NCBI GenBank assembly: GCA_051047955.1
Contig: JBPGPT010000002.1
Coordinates: 558,001-622,000 of the forward strand
Direction: 5' to 3'
DNA from: Cystobasidiomycetes sp. EMM_F5
Lineage: Eukaryota
Length of the DNA: 64,000 nt
The number at the start of each line of letters is the position of its first letter. The stretch's first letter is position 1. A model generated the notes under the pieces. The model made no database searches. It saw only the letters and a program-made list of their open reading frames with translations, and was not told the DNA's origin. The translations under genes and the position numbers were made by a program. Positions 26,453 to 40,259 of this stretch are shown here, piece by piece.

Positions 26453-29298
26453 CTATATGATGCAATGAACTCTGCTCATCACGGGCAATTTGATCTTGAA
26501 CTTCTTTGCAATTGCCTCAACTAATGCCGGCGTTATCACGATCTCCATCTCCCCATCATAATTAGAGGAGTCTGAAGCATTGTACTCCGTCCCAACTGGC
26601 ATACGATACTTTGCGAGTCCCGAATAGAGAAGTGCGAACGCGACATCATCATCGCGAAGATGCGTCGCGTGAGCTATCTCTGCCAGCGAAAATTGCATGG
26701 AGAAATGGCTGTAAGGGGCAAAAAGCTCCTCATCAGAGTTGGGCTGGAGAACGCTAATGGGTGACTTTTCTGGCTCGACTTCGCCTTCAAAGCCCTTCCA
26801 GTTCTTCTTCTTACGCTCCTCTGGCTTCTTCTTGGGCGTGCTGGCGTCTTTGTTCTTTGTCCTGGCCGAGATGACCAGGCGTGGGTCGTTGCGCGCAATG
26901 AACACCAACCGGAAATAGCGAACTAGAATAGAAGTCCAGTACTGAAGGTAACTGCGCAACCCGAGGTCTGACAAGGGCCGTTCGGGTGTCCCGGCACGAT
27001 GACTCTCGGCTCGAGACGACAGCTCATAACCTTCACGGTGACGCTCGTTCAGCCGTTCAGCGACTTTACAATATGGCAAGATTACTTACTAAACTCGATC
27101 ATGAGCGTGCCAAATCCTCGTTTTTGGTAGGGCGGGAAAGTCACGATACAAGCTAGATTGTAGTCGTTGTATGAGATTTTCTCCTTGCTGAAAAAGCCCA
27201 GGACATGGTCGAAAGATGGCCTAGCCTCGGAGAGGATGTAGAATACGAAGCCCGATGGCTCGAAGAAGACGTACTTATGGTCGATAAACAATTTGCCGAA
27301 CAAGCAGAGGTTTTGACAGAACAGCTAAACTTTTGATCAGTGTGAATTCGCTTTCGATGGACACGAGCGGCAGCCTTACTTTTGCTGTTGCTCCGTCGAC
27401 TTCCCAGATCGTATGCGCGCCACGCTGATATACTTTCCTGCCAGGAGGATGGTTGACTTTGCATTGTTTCTACGAGATTAGTGTGAAGAAAATTGTCAAA
27501 AGGTATGCTAGACATCCAGAAGTATATAAAACGTACGAGATGAAATGAGTAGACCGGCATATGGATAAAGTACTTGAAACATCCTTCACAGACGTATAAC
27601 AGCAAAGGCTGAATTGACTTGTCTTTACCGTCTTTCCGCGCTGATGTTGAGGCTACAACACCAGTTTCGGCTGTTTCTGTAGAGTACTTCTTGTCCGGAG
27701 ACGTCGCGGAGTCCTTCCGCTCATGTGCAGGATCTCTCATCGAGGCGCCTGGTATTGGTGCTTGCGACGGTGCATGTATAGGTAGCGGCATTATCGCAGC
27801 CTGATTTGATATCGGCATGCTTGTGCTTGCCAACCCCGCGGGTTGTTGCTGTGGCTCTTCATCTTCCGTCTCAGACGATGTATAAGCCCCGTTCTCATCA
27901 TCCGCATATGCTGTGGCATCTGGTCCTTGCTTTGTCGTAGTCAGATCGTCGGCGTTTCCATTGAGATTGGCGAACCCCGGTAAAGTGGGCATGGAGTTCG
28001 CCGCGCCCCCTTTCAAGCGTAAAGGATTATTGGAGGTCTGCTTTTGGTACGTTAGTCATCGAGCAGTATTAGCACGCCACTAGATAGCGTACCGTTTCCA
28101 CATAACTCAACGTAGTATTCGGAGTTCCATTGGTAAATCTGGCCTGCTGGTGGCTGTCAACAGCCACCGAGCTAGGCCTGCCATCCGCCATAGGTACAAT
28201 TCGGTTTGTGTTTTCGTAAGTCGGACTCGCCGCAGCCGGCTGAGCCGCTATAGGCATGCCGCCAGGAGGCAGCCGCGCATCCATAGTATGCAAAGCTGTT
28301 TGCGTTGGTGTTGGAATGTTTGCTGTCAAGCCATCGGAGTGCGGTTGGGATTGCTTAAGCGGGCTGTTAGACAAGGAACGCGCAATTGGTGCCGAGGCAG
28401 TCGCTTGAAAGCTGATCATGGCAAGCGCCAAAGTTTCAACGATTAGCTACACATTTCCACAACGTGACTGTGGTCGCCACATACCGAGGCTGTGGTGCTG
28501 GGGAAGAAGATCCTATCGATGACGCTGACGCATAGGCGGTATTTGCTGTGGCAGGTGCAGGTCTTGCGGATGCAGTCTTTCGTGCAGCCGGAATGTTTGT
28601 AGTGCTGCTGGATGCCTTTTCAGCTGCTGCTGCGTCCTTTAGAATATCATCCAGAGGGTAAGGCGAAGAGTACCAGCATTTAATCCTGATAACGACAACA
28701 CCGACATTTAGGAGGGGGTGTCGCGCATGCAAGGAATACATACTCGTAGGAGCCGAAAATGACGGTCGAGATTCGGCGAGGCTGGAGAGCGGTAGTGGGA
28801 TTATCAGCCCCAGAAGGTATGAGAGTGCTAGGAACGGGCTGTACATGTAGAAGGTCAGTGTTGGGAAACCGGATTATCAATGCACAAAAACGCCGAGCTC
28901 ACGGAATGAGAATCCCGCTCGCGCTTCCGTTTTTGACCAGCTCTAACATCACTAGCAGGGTTGCTGAGCAATGGTCCAGCTTGAGGAGCGCTACTGTCGC
29001 TGCCCTTTTCGAAGACATCAGTGTCTACGGGGCTGCAAAATAGATCCAATTTGAGCCATTCATCGAGGCGGGAGTCGGCTTCAACGGGATGGCAGTAGGC
29101 TTCCAGACTGCCTTCGCCTGCAGGTCGCGCCTCTGCCGCAGCGCCTCTGCGATTTTCGAGGGAGGGCCCGTCGTCTCGATTGACCCGACGGACGGCTTTG
29201 ACGATAACGTGGCCTGTAGGAATCGCATCGTCAGCCGGCCAGCCCATTCCGTCAGCGCAGTAGGATCTCACGCTTTGCACCATGCCAGTCGACGACAT
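26453..29298 (-). CDS. MYST-family histone acetyltransferase with a Tudor-knot-like N-terminus
   Basis: DSRLDEWL, IKCWYSSPYP, LYVCEGCFKYF, HPPGRKVYQRG, CQNLCLFGKLFIDHK, YNLACIVTFPPYQKRGFG and GTPERPLSDLG. Confidence 0.9.
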
Positions 29299-29709
29299 AT
29301 TTGTGGCCCTCGACTACCTTCATCATGGTGCCCGAATTGACAGGTAGGCGGGGTGAGTGGAGACGGCGCGTCACATGCAACAGCAGGCTTTCATGTTGTG
29401 GGCAAAGTTCTCAGACGTCGTTCTGCTATAAGGTGAGACGGCGTGTATTTCGTCAAGAAGAGCTCTACGTCTACGAGGTGAGCCAAACCTAAAAGACAAC
29501 GGAACAGCGGCAACTGCTACTGGGCATTACTGCGGAAAGATCCAGAATATGGCCAGAATATGCGCGTGTATGTGCGATCTGGTTTCAAGTTTTGGTTGGA
29601 ATGGGAGGTAAGATTTATGATCAGCAGAAGCAAGGGTCTTTGATGTCCTGCTGTCGAAATGCACATCAAAATCCTACGCCCATAGATATGCAGTGAGTCT
29701 GCCTCACCA

Positions 29710-32700
29710 TCATAGCACTGTAGGATCTCGCCAAAACAGCTCCAGAAGCTGCTGACCCACCATAGGCTCTAGCTCAGTACCATCGCGGCTGATTTTGATC
29801 TCACGATTGCCATTGAAGCTATTGCGGAGATGACGTGTGCGGTGAAAGGCCAGCTTTTGACTGTCCACATGTGCAATTAGACATGCCGCGCCAGAAGTAT
29901 ATTCAAATGCTTACACCCGAGTCCATTCCACCTTGAAAGGACGTCCTCCTCCAGCGACTTCCATAGCCGTGCGAAGGCTTGTGTCGGCTGCTTTGGCTGC
30001 AATAACCTCGCGGTCCTGCTCTAGTTGATCGAGACGAGCATTTCGCTCCTCGGGACTGAGAGCAGTATCCTTATGATGTACACCAAACTCGTCTGCCGTA
30101 CCTGGGCGGTCCGACCCGCCCGCAGCTAGCTGGTCTGCCACGCCGGTATCGGAAGCCGCTGACGTGACATTAACATCAAGTCCCTTCATACCAGCCAGGA
30201 GTTCAGGATCTAGTGAAGCTCCTTTTTTGGCTGCTGCAAATGGCGAAGGCGATCGAGCCGGGTACGTGTCATGATGATGTGGGGACAGATAATCTCCGCG
30301 AGGTCCGTCCGACTTGGAATGTTGGACTGCCGCAGGGGACGGGCCCTCCGAGATCGGCTGAGGCGAATTAGCTACCTGATGTCCTGAAGGACTGAAGACT
30401 ATTGGCACGTCTAGTATGTTCTCTGCTTTACGATCAGGTAAGGCAATCTTCGGAGGCGGTTCCATCTGGGGCTCCTGTTCTTCAGGTATTGCCGCTTCCA
30501 GCTTACGGATATTGCCGGAAGAGTGCGATTTCGCACCAGACGACCCAGAACTTTCACCATGGCTTCTGGATGCCCAGGACAATCTGCTCTCTTGCTTGAC
30601 GATTGGACCAGCCATCGTTGCGTATCCGAAGAACTCTGTAAGTAGTATGCGGAGTAAGGGCACAAGCATCGACTATAATCGTCATCACGCAACGCACCTC
30701 CACTTTTGTTGGCACCGAAAATCAAGAAAACAGTACTGGAGGTTCTGAAAGCTTGATCTAATACTGGCTCATTATGACTTTGCGTAGCCCACATTCCCCT
30801 CTCAACCGAAAGGTGAAGATCGTCTTCTGTATGTGACTGATAAGATAAGATGTCGTACCAAAGACCCGAGCTCAGCCCAATACGTATGCGAAATGGCTGT
30901 AACGACTGCAAGTGCTCACCTTTAATATGAAGTATCGCTTGGGGAAGTGCCGACCCAAGAAGCTAGAGTTCGTTGAACTTGTACTATTCGAGTGTGAAGC
31001 TGACCATGCTACACCAGGACTAGGCTCGGATGGCGCGACGGTACCCGCGGTGTTGGCCGGATCACCTAGGGATGTGTCCAGCGGCGGCAAGCCTTGTGCT
31101 TTGCGGATGCGCTCTTGCTCATTGAGCCATTCCCGATGAAAGCCTTTACCGCGCTGAGCACCCACGCCCGTCTTAGTATCGTCATCCTTCTTCCGCACTC
31201 TGCATACTAATGGCTTGCATCTGGCATCGTGAGGCCTCAATGACAAGCCATTGCACGTCACGATAGCATGATCCAGGTGGCGCTTAGACGCCATATTGAC
31301 AAAACAGCAATTAGAGCGACTGATTAGGTGTATTGATTCTACTCCGCAGGTAGTATAATCTGGTCGTTGAGTTGCCTCTGTTTGCGGTCCTTCCGCAAGG
31401 ATGGCCTCCTGTTCCTCGATACTACCAGGCTCCGGAATGCCGGGAGGTGGTTTCGTGGAGAAAAATCGCCACAACTCCGCTTGATTTGCATCCGCCGGGA
31501 CATTGCCAACCCACAAAGCCCAAGGTGAGTGCGATGGTGGACGCGGTAAGCGCTGCTCCCCGGTGTTTCGCTTCCTATCTCGTTCGCTCTGGCCTAACGG
31601 CAGCCTTGTGATCGGATCATGAATTCCTGCAGCTTCTCGAAGCTTGGCTTGCGCTAAATGACCCCTCGCTAATTCAGTTGGAAGTGCCTCGACGTTATTG
31701 GGGCGCTGTGTGCTGTTTGTAGATGTGCGCAGATGCTGAGTGTATTCTGACGCAGGTAGTCCAAAGTCATGTCGAGCTTGTTCGGGTCTCGGAGCTTGAC
31801 GGCCGCTGGTGAAGTGCGCAGGATAACGGTCGTGCGGTCCCATATATGCTTGGTACGTACTGGATGATACTCCAAACGGCCCACTCCTGTATGTCGAACT
31901 GGAAAGATCGATAGAATGACGGGGACTGTGGTGGGTCATAGAGTATGGACTTGAAAAAGTAGGCGACGCTTGCATCACCGGCGACATTGCATTTGGTGGA
32001 TACATATAAGGCAAATGTCCCGGATAGACTGGCTGCTGATGACCATACGGCACATACTCGGACGGATGCTGATGCATATGCATGCCGGCAGGGTAGCCCG
32101 TTGTAAGCAGCGCTGAATGGCCGCCTGGCCCAGCATGGTGTTCTCCGGTTCCAGACGACTCACCAGACAAGCTACCGCGATGATCATTCACAAAAGGACT
32201 TTCTACCCCATTACTGGAATAATACACAGGTCCGGGAAAGGCAGCTGAAGCAGCATGAGGCGAAAATGGCCCACTGCGACTGGCCGGAGACTGCATACTG
32301 GTGGAAGCCGTCTGCGAAGGCGAGCCTATGCCACCGATTTGCGGTGTATGCTGCGCTTGATTCTGGCTCATGGCAGCATACAAACCTAGCGTACCGTCAT
32401 GCGGGGGAGGGTACGGGTATTGTGGAGCGTAGTATTGCGCTGTTGACAGAAGTGAAGTACACGATGTGTCAGCACGCACTGCACGTAACAGGACTCAAGA
32501 GTACATCCTCGGTACCCCTTTTGTACTTGAGTGATTGTAGTTCACAGCTCGAATGTATCGACTTACTATGATATGCATACATCGGCTGTTGATGATGGTG
32601 CGGAGTAATGTAGACAGGACTACTGCCTGTACTAAATACTCCTGCAGCAACGGAAGAGGGCGAACGAGGATCGGCATCTTCAGCATTATCTTGCTTGAAA

Positions 32701-33402
32701 GACTGGCGTAGATGCTCTGGCGTTATGTGGTCAGAGTTTTGGGACTGCGGCAAGGGATCTTTCTCCAATGGCGACGGGCTTCTCCCATGTACATCGCCGA
32801 GCAACGTCGGAGTTGGCATCGCTTGTATCCCGTCATTGTTTGCACGAAAGGGCGGATGCGAGTAGTATTGGGAAGCCAGAGGAGGGTACAGTTGTCTGTC
32901 ATCCGCTGGCAGTGGCATGCTCGAAGAATTGTTGAAAGCATGCGTGTCGACTGTATCTTGAGCTCGCTGTACGGAGGCGTAGACTGCAGCTTCTGGGGGA
33001 GTGGAGGTTGATCGTGTAACTTTGCCTGCGGTCAAGATGCGTGCATTAGTATGCTTGTACATACACTAAGTACTTCGAACGTTCTCACTCACCTCTGTCT
33101 GAACCGCCGCCTTGCTGTTTCTGCGCATTTTCGCCGTCTCGGATAGCGCGCTCGTAGAGATCGACAGCGGAAGCACTTCTTTCTGCTGTTCTATCATTTA
33201 CGACCGTCCTGCTGACATTTGCGGGGGCAACAGGGACGGGTTCGAGTATGCGTGGGACCGAGAGTACATGGTGGTCACCGGACTGATGCTCGGTTGGCGC
33301 GGAACCCGACTTGTGGTGGCCTGCTGTACGACTAGCTTGATTGCCGTCCTCTAGTGCTGGTCGTACGCCTGCCTGACGAGCAATCTCTCCCAGGCTGACC
33401 AT
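29710..33402 (-). CDS. YTH-domain RNA-binding protein with an upstream RRM-like domain
   Basis: ALWVGNVP..LWRFF and SNCCFVN (RRM-like). FPKRYFILK|S, GMWATQSHNE, VFLIFGANKSG|EFFGYA, PFKVEW, LPFHRTRHLRN and IKISRDGTELE (YTH). Confidence 0.88.
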
Positions 33403-34502
33403 GGCTGTTTGCTGGCTCCAAGGATCCTAAAAATGACCAGAATGACGGCGACTTTTGTAAGACTTGCTTCTGCAGCGTGAAGTGCAGTCACAAGGTAGTG
33501 TGTTATAAACGGCGAATTACACCTTATCTTGCAAATTTTCTCTCGAGCTATGCTGTTTTGACCAAAATCCCAGCACCTTGACTTGAGGTCTGCTGGAGGC
33601 CGTGAAGGATTGCCAGTTCATGAATGCGGATAGGGCACAGAAGACAGCGTAGCAGTAGGAGCGAGCCTACAGGTGCTTCCAATGTCGTTGTGGCATGTAT
33701 CTTGGTATTTCGGTAGATCTTTGCAAAATGCAGCGTCCAGAGAGGCCTTCGTTGCGTTTCTCCAGCTTTGCAGGGTTCCGGTCAATGCGCAATATCCAAA
33801 ATGCTGCTACAGCAGAATGAGACTTGACAGCAGCCTGGCAGGAGTTGCAATCCAAGCAGCCCGCAAGATTCGTCTACCACGACCCGCTGTCCAACTCTGA
33901 TTTCTGTCCGATTCCGGAACCGTGTTTGGCAGGATCCTCGTCGATGATGCCAGACTGCCGTCAAGGGTCAATACTGCAGACTGGATAGTCTACAGCGCTC
34001 AGGCGTCGCAGCGATACCGTCTCGACGGTACCCTCGAGCTTTTGTTGGCAATATCGTTTGCTGAGCTCCCGAGCTCCGAGTTCTGCAAACCACAAAATGG
34101 TGACCGACGATCCTCTGCAGCCGAGACTTCAGAAAGCAGGCCCGTGGTCAAGCTTAAGCAGGCAGGGCTGTGTGTGCTTGTGGAGAACCTGTTGCACAGC
34201 TCGTGGTGGGCCATACGCAGGTTGCGCATGACAGCGGGCGCACGAAAACTAGACTACTATCGTTGTCGAATCTACGCTCGCGAGCGAGTCGAAAGACGTC
34301 AATAACTTTGCCATTCAATTGAACATGGCTGCATTGTTTAAGGCCGTGTAATGGATCCCTCAGCCCACCTTGCTTTGCATCTACGTAACCACTCTGCGCG
34401 TCCATTCCTGAGCGCAACTTAGGGGTTCTGTACCTCTGACGACTTCCAATTCAAAACAAGCCTTGTATATCCAACTCGGCAAGCCTTGAGAGACAATCAG
34501 CA

Positions 34503-35966
34503 ATGAGCTCGCTCCAAAGTCTCGGACCGTCACTAGCATTCTCGCTCGCCGTCGCGTACAATGGCTACGCTAAAGGTTCTCTGTCGGGAGATGGCGCACT
34601 GCTCGCAGCCGTCTTTGCAATAATCACGCTGGTAGCCTGTCCAACAAAAGTTTTCGCGGTGCGTCTCCAAGGCTGCGAGTACTGCTTCGGATGGACCTAG
34701 AGCATAGCTTGGTCTGACTTGCGTACCGATTCTTTTGCTTGGTCTGCTCTCATCTTGGTGGGGTATACTCTTTGCACGCCCTGCAGACGGCTCTGCTCGT
34801 CTTCTTCTTCGCAGGTAGGCGCACAACCTATACGCACAGCCACTAGACCAGCTTCATGCATCAGAGAGAATTGCAATAGTCGTTTTCAGCAAAGCTGACT
34901 GTTCGGCTCGTATTGGCCTTTGTATTCGAAGGCTCTCGCGCAACAAAGTACAAGCACGCACTCAAAGCCAGGCTCGAAGAGTCTGACGCGGGACCAGCTG
35001 CACCAGGCTCCGTCAAAGCGGGCGCTGGTAACCGTGACTGGAAGCAGGTAGCTTGCAACGGTCTTTTCGGAGTCGCAGCATGCTCCGCGTGGATCTATCG
35101 ATTTGGCTCCACCATCTCCAACAATTACAGCGCGACCGCCAGTCAAGTATGTCCAATTGCTGTTGGGGATGTAGAGGTACAGAGAAGCAGCAATACGCTG
35201 GTGTTCGCGGCAGTAGGGTAAGCTTTCATTCGTGATGATCTGCGTACCGGCCCTTATCTCTTGCGTCATCAAGGTTCTGGTCAGCCTGCCTTGGCGACAC
35301 ACTGGCTAGCGAGGTTAGCACAAGTATCCACTATGCTGCACCGTGTTCTGCAGCTGACGTCGAGTAATGGGCAGCTCGGTATACTCTCACGCTCTCGACC
35401 ACGACTCGTTACCACCTTTAAGCGCGTCGTTCCTGGAACAAATGTGCGCGAGAAAGACTGCTGAGCGCAAGGTAGCGCACTCTGACACGCTCTTGACTTG
35501 TGTCTTAGGGAGGTGTGTCGGCCTGGGGCACGCTCATGTCCCTTGTCGGCGGACTAGTCGTATCTGCAGCGGCCGTTGCGGTCCTGGTTGCCGAGAATCA
35601 AACTTGTCGGAGCGCAGCCTGGGCAGCGAGTCCCGACGATGCCTACGCCTTCCGAAGCCTGTTGCTGGTAGGTGCAGGGGCTGGCGTGTTTGGTAGCTGG
35701 CTGGACTCGGTACTGGGAGCCCTGTTTCAAGAAACGCTCTTTTCCAAGAAACGCGGAATGGTCGTCCATAGTCGGTCCACAAATCCCAGTGAGAACAAGG
35801 ACATCATCTCCGTTGGTGGTCGGAATCTACTATCGAATAACGCCGTACGAGTCTGCCAATACTCAACCAATTATATGTAGCCGATGCCTTTATCTTTCAG
35901 GTGAATCTTCTGGCTAGCGTAGCGACGGGTCTCGCCTCGGGATACATCGGTTATACGTCGCTCTGA
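34503..35966 (+). CDS. TMEM19/DUF92 integral membrane protein
   Basis: KGSLSGDGA, GSRATKYK, RDWKQVACNG, GDTLASE|LG, PGTN|GGVSAWG, LDSVLGALFQ and LSNNA|VNLLA. Confidence 0.88.
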
Positions 35967-37262
35967 ATTTAGAAAAGTGATGCCTGTCAATGGGGCGGAG
36001 GGCCGGGTTAGATGCTGTCAGTCGAAAAAGTGAGCATCGTCAGCCTCTGCTTGGAACTCGGTACAGTTCGGCGAGTACAAGTACATCCCACGCAGCGTGG
36101 TGCTTCAGCAGCGAGAGTCACACCCGATAGACCTTGTTGTCGAAGCGGGAGCCAGTCCATCCAGTTTTCAGCGGGTAGAGCCAGTCTCGCCATTGGAGTA
36201 TGCGCAAGCTACAAGCAAGTCACGCTTCATTGGAAAGTGTGCTTTCTATCTGATTCATACATAGTCCATACTTGCTCCTTTCCCCATCTAACGGACGTTG
36301 AAATGCTGCAACCCAGCGTCGCTCCGGTCATAAAGCAATGAAAGCTTCAAAAGCTGCCTTTTCACCTTTAACTCCTGGTTGGACTTTGACGATGCAGCGT
36401 CCTATGGCGACTGATGCGCCCAGGGTGTCTTCAATACTGCCCGAGCTGCGGCTGTCGTGGCAGTTGACGGTCCATCGCTTCCGCCTGATGCCAGCTTCGT
36501 AGCTTCTTCCCAGATTGCCGCTGCTCGACATGCACGTGCTGGCGTGTGACTGATTTCTTGTCTGGCTCGTTCTTTGTGAAGAGCACAGGCAGTCTGCAAG
36601 TGCTCAGTGCGCCCACTTTTTCAGGCACAAGAGAAAGAAAACTTGCAGATCCGAAAAATGCAGATTTTCGGGATCGCCAAAACAGAGCAGAAATGCTGCT
36701 GGCTCGCTGCATTCGGCGCCATTGCATTCTCGTAAAGTGTGCAATACCGGAAATTGTAGCATTGTCCGAGCGTCAAGCGGGCGAGCGACAGGAAAGCTGT
36801 TGCAAAGTCCGACTTGGTTTAAAGCAACCTCGCTGTCACGTATGCTCCAGAAAGGGCAAAGCTGTGACACACATGGGCATGAGATGCAGCAAAGACATCT
36901 CTGCCGCCCCAACTTCACCGGCTGGTCCGGTATAAGGTGCTGGAACGGCGATATCAAAGCTTCCCCAAATTACATCACGCTACAACTGTCTTCCTACAGC
37001 GGGAACTTACGCTGCAATGTGGACGCTAAACAGCCTCCTCGTGCCCCAGGTCGCTGTCTGCCTACTGCTGCTTGCCTTGACCCTTGCAGCCCACGCCGTC
37101 CTGTGCCGTCAAAAGCTAAAGCGCCTGCCTCCAGTCTGCCGTCGACTTCGTTCCCTCACCGACTCCAAGGCAATACAACTCCGACGCCTCCGCATTCAAG
37201 CAAATGCGACCACGGTCGGCAACACGCAACATAGTCTTGGCAGCTCTGCCATCTCAGCTGGG

Positions 37263-38933
37263 ATGACACTGCCGTCGCGTCCGCGTGAAGGCCTGACGGT
37301 AGATGTATGGGCAATCATCTTTGAAAGCGCGCAGGACTTGCCAGATGAACTTGGACGATACGCTAGGATATCACGTAACGCATCTAGAGCAGCCAACAGT
37401 CTGCTGTACCGAAAGCTATCGCTGAAACAGGGCATGGGAGTTGATAGGTTACGGCTACTACGTCGCACTCTGGAGAAGTCGCAAGAGATTGCGGATCAGG
37501 TGTTATCTGTCGCTAGAGAAGTGTATCTTCGCGATACGGAGAAGGGCGTTAGCGATGAGGAATTACAGGATGGTCTAGAATATTTGACATGCGAAATGGA
37601 TGTATTGGGTGAGCGAGTCCGTTGCCCTGTGCCCGGCAGATTGTGCGGAGGTATACATGAGCTTGACTGACTGGCCTACGCGTGTATCCACTGCATGTAG
37701 ATCTCTGTAGGCGGGTGGTCTACTTCGAAAGCACCTACAGCCCAATATCGGATTCGAGCATATCCTTCTCTGTCGAACTGGAGTTAGGCGCTCCCGATGA
37801 CGATATTCGACGTCTCAATGATAGGTTGTCAAAGCTATCCTTCGTCCCGAATCTACGATGCTTGGTCGTGCGCTTCATCCATCATGATGGATCTGATATT
37901 TCAGCATACGGAGAAATGCTACGGTCAACAACACAGCTCGAGGAGCTTTTGTTTGTGAACTGCGCACTCGAAGAGCATCCTACCTGGTCGGAGCGAATGC
38001 GCAACTCTTCGAGCCAGATATCAAAATCCGTAGAGCCGGAAGATTCGCCATGCTTACCACAGTTGACCAAGCTTGGCTGCATCTTTGATTGCAAAAATGT
38101 CCGTACCCCTATGGGTATCCTTCCTATAGGCTGGTTTAGTTGTCCGTCGCTCCGCCTTTTACGATACCACCGTGCTGCAGACTTTACAGTACAGGAAGAA
38201 TTCAGCGAGCTCATGTACCTGTTCAACGAGGCTATCGCGTCCTTCGATTGTGCTGGATCCTTGGAGACTTTCATCTGCGCGATCTTATCAACGAGGACCA
38301 CGTTAGTGGACGAAGGGAGTCCGGGATCGGCGGAAGTGGAGGGTCTGTCTTCAGAGGCATCGATCACAGTTTCCCAGCATGAGGGTTTCCAAGAAGGAAG
38401 ATACCTCGACACATATAGCAACGTCTATCCGAGATACTGGACGTCCAAGGGATCCCCGTTGCAAGATGCAGTCACCGTCACCATTCGCGAATTTATCAGT
38501 GCATTCCCAAACCTTCTGCACGGCGATATTCAATACGACTTTGTCGACGTGGCTGACGGCAGCCATTTGCCTGAAGCCCTTCACGCCTTCGTGCCCGAGG
38601 GCTCTTTCCATACGTGGACGATCAGACCTTGGATGGGCAGCAATCTGGTATGTGCTCAATTTCCAACGTGGAATATTCCATGATAGCTTTGCTGACGACC
38701 CCTCTTATTCGACTTAGACATGCATGACAAAGTATACCAGAGCTCTCAAAGATCTCAGTGGTAGATTGCTGGAGCTGCGAATATTCCAACAGCTCGACCA
38801 CGGGCAAAGTGCAAGTGCGCAGGATCTGGTCGATATCGAAGTCTTGACTGGCGTCAAAGTGCGTTGCGTCGGTCCTTCAAGTCTTGAATTTGGATACTGC
38901 GACCCCCGATTTGCTTGGCGTCATCCATCTTAA
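37263..38933 (+). CDS. Hypothetical protein with an F-box-like N-terminus and LRR/RNI-like region
   Basis: LTVDVWAIIFE..LGRYARISRNASRAANSLLYRKLSL resembles an F-box. PNLRCL, LEELLF, LPQLTKL and CPSLRLL are LRR-like. Confidence 0.5.
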
Positions 38934-39419
38934 GCACTCACCTCAAGACAGCTGGACTCATGCGCGTGCTGTTCACGATCGTTTTTTGCGACATAAGCTT
39001 GCGGGTCATTTCAGGCTAACATAACAATCGGTATCATTGTATCACTCAAATGAGTCTAATGCTCTAAGTTTCGCTATGTTGTCGAGATGCGTTGAAGATG
39101 AAAATATATAAACGAGGAGGATTTGCTTGCTGCCCCTGAAAGGCCACGCATATGGTTAATGCGAAAGTTGTGATCAGCAAGAAGCAACGCAGACTGTTCC
39201 TCATATTGACGATTGCAGGAAAACAAGGTGACAGAGTACTGCTAGCCGGCATCGTAACTAGATTGATATCCGTACAAGTGACATGACTAGTAGTCAGAGG
39301 CTTGGTCGCAATAATGGCTTGTTGAGTGTGACTGCCTGCCCGCCTTCCTATCTCTGTCATGACCATAAGCGACCAGGCCGACTATTCACTAGCAGGAACC
39401 ACGTAATGGTCTGTGCCAT

Positions 39420-40259
39420 TTAGACGGTAGAGCGCTTTGCCTTGGTAGCAGTGTCTCGCGACTTCTTCTCGCCTAGTCGCTTGTTGAGGATGGACTTGTA
39501 CTCTTCGACTTGGACCTTTTGAGCTTCAGTCTTTCTGCGAGCGAGGGATCGGAGGTGACGACGTCTTTGCAGACGTTCTGGTGTAACGAGACGTTGGATT
39601 TTTGGTCTGTGGTAAACGAGGCTGTCAGAACAAGAGTAATAGAGTGAATATAAGACGACGCCAACTCACGCCTTGGTGTATGGTTTGGCATCCTCTCCCT
39701 TCTTTTGAGATTTTACTTCACGGCGAATGACAAATTTGCGTACGTCGTCCTCCTTGCTCAAGTTGAAGAATCGGCGAATCTTGGTCGCACGTTTGGGTCC
39801 GAGTCTCTTTGGCAGGACGGTATCGGTCAATCCAGGAATGTCATTGTCGCCAACTTTGACAATGGCAACGGCGAGTACGGCAATGTCGGAAGCTACAATA
39901 CAGCCTCGTACAGACTTGCGCTTGCGCTGTCCGTCCCTCCTCTCTCTGAAGCATGAGTGCCCCTTCTTGAGCAACAGACGGACACGGGTCTGCTGGAGTA
40001 CACCCTGTTTCATCGGGAAACCCTGCTTGTCATTTCCGCCGGTGATTTTGACTGGGTAGACAGTGCCGAATCAGCGATACTGCATAATCTTGTAAATGCG
40101 TTCCCACTCACCAACGTAGCCCTTGAACTCGTCGCCGAGCGCGTCAATGGCGACCTCCTGCGACATGCGCTTCTCGTAAAAGATGCGGACTTTGCGCTCG
40201 TCGTCGATATCAAACAGCTTCTGCGTCCCCGCGGCGGGGTGCGACATGTTGATCTTCAT
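39420..40259 (-). CDS. RPS6: 40S ribosomal protein S6 (eS6)
   Basis: [55 protein letters not shown] and PKIQRLVTP. Confidence 0.97.
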
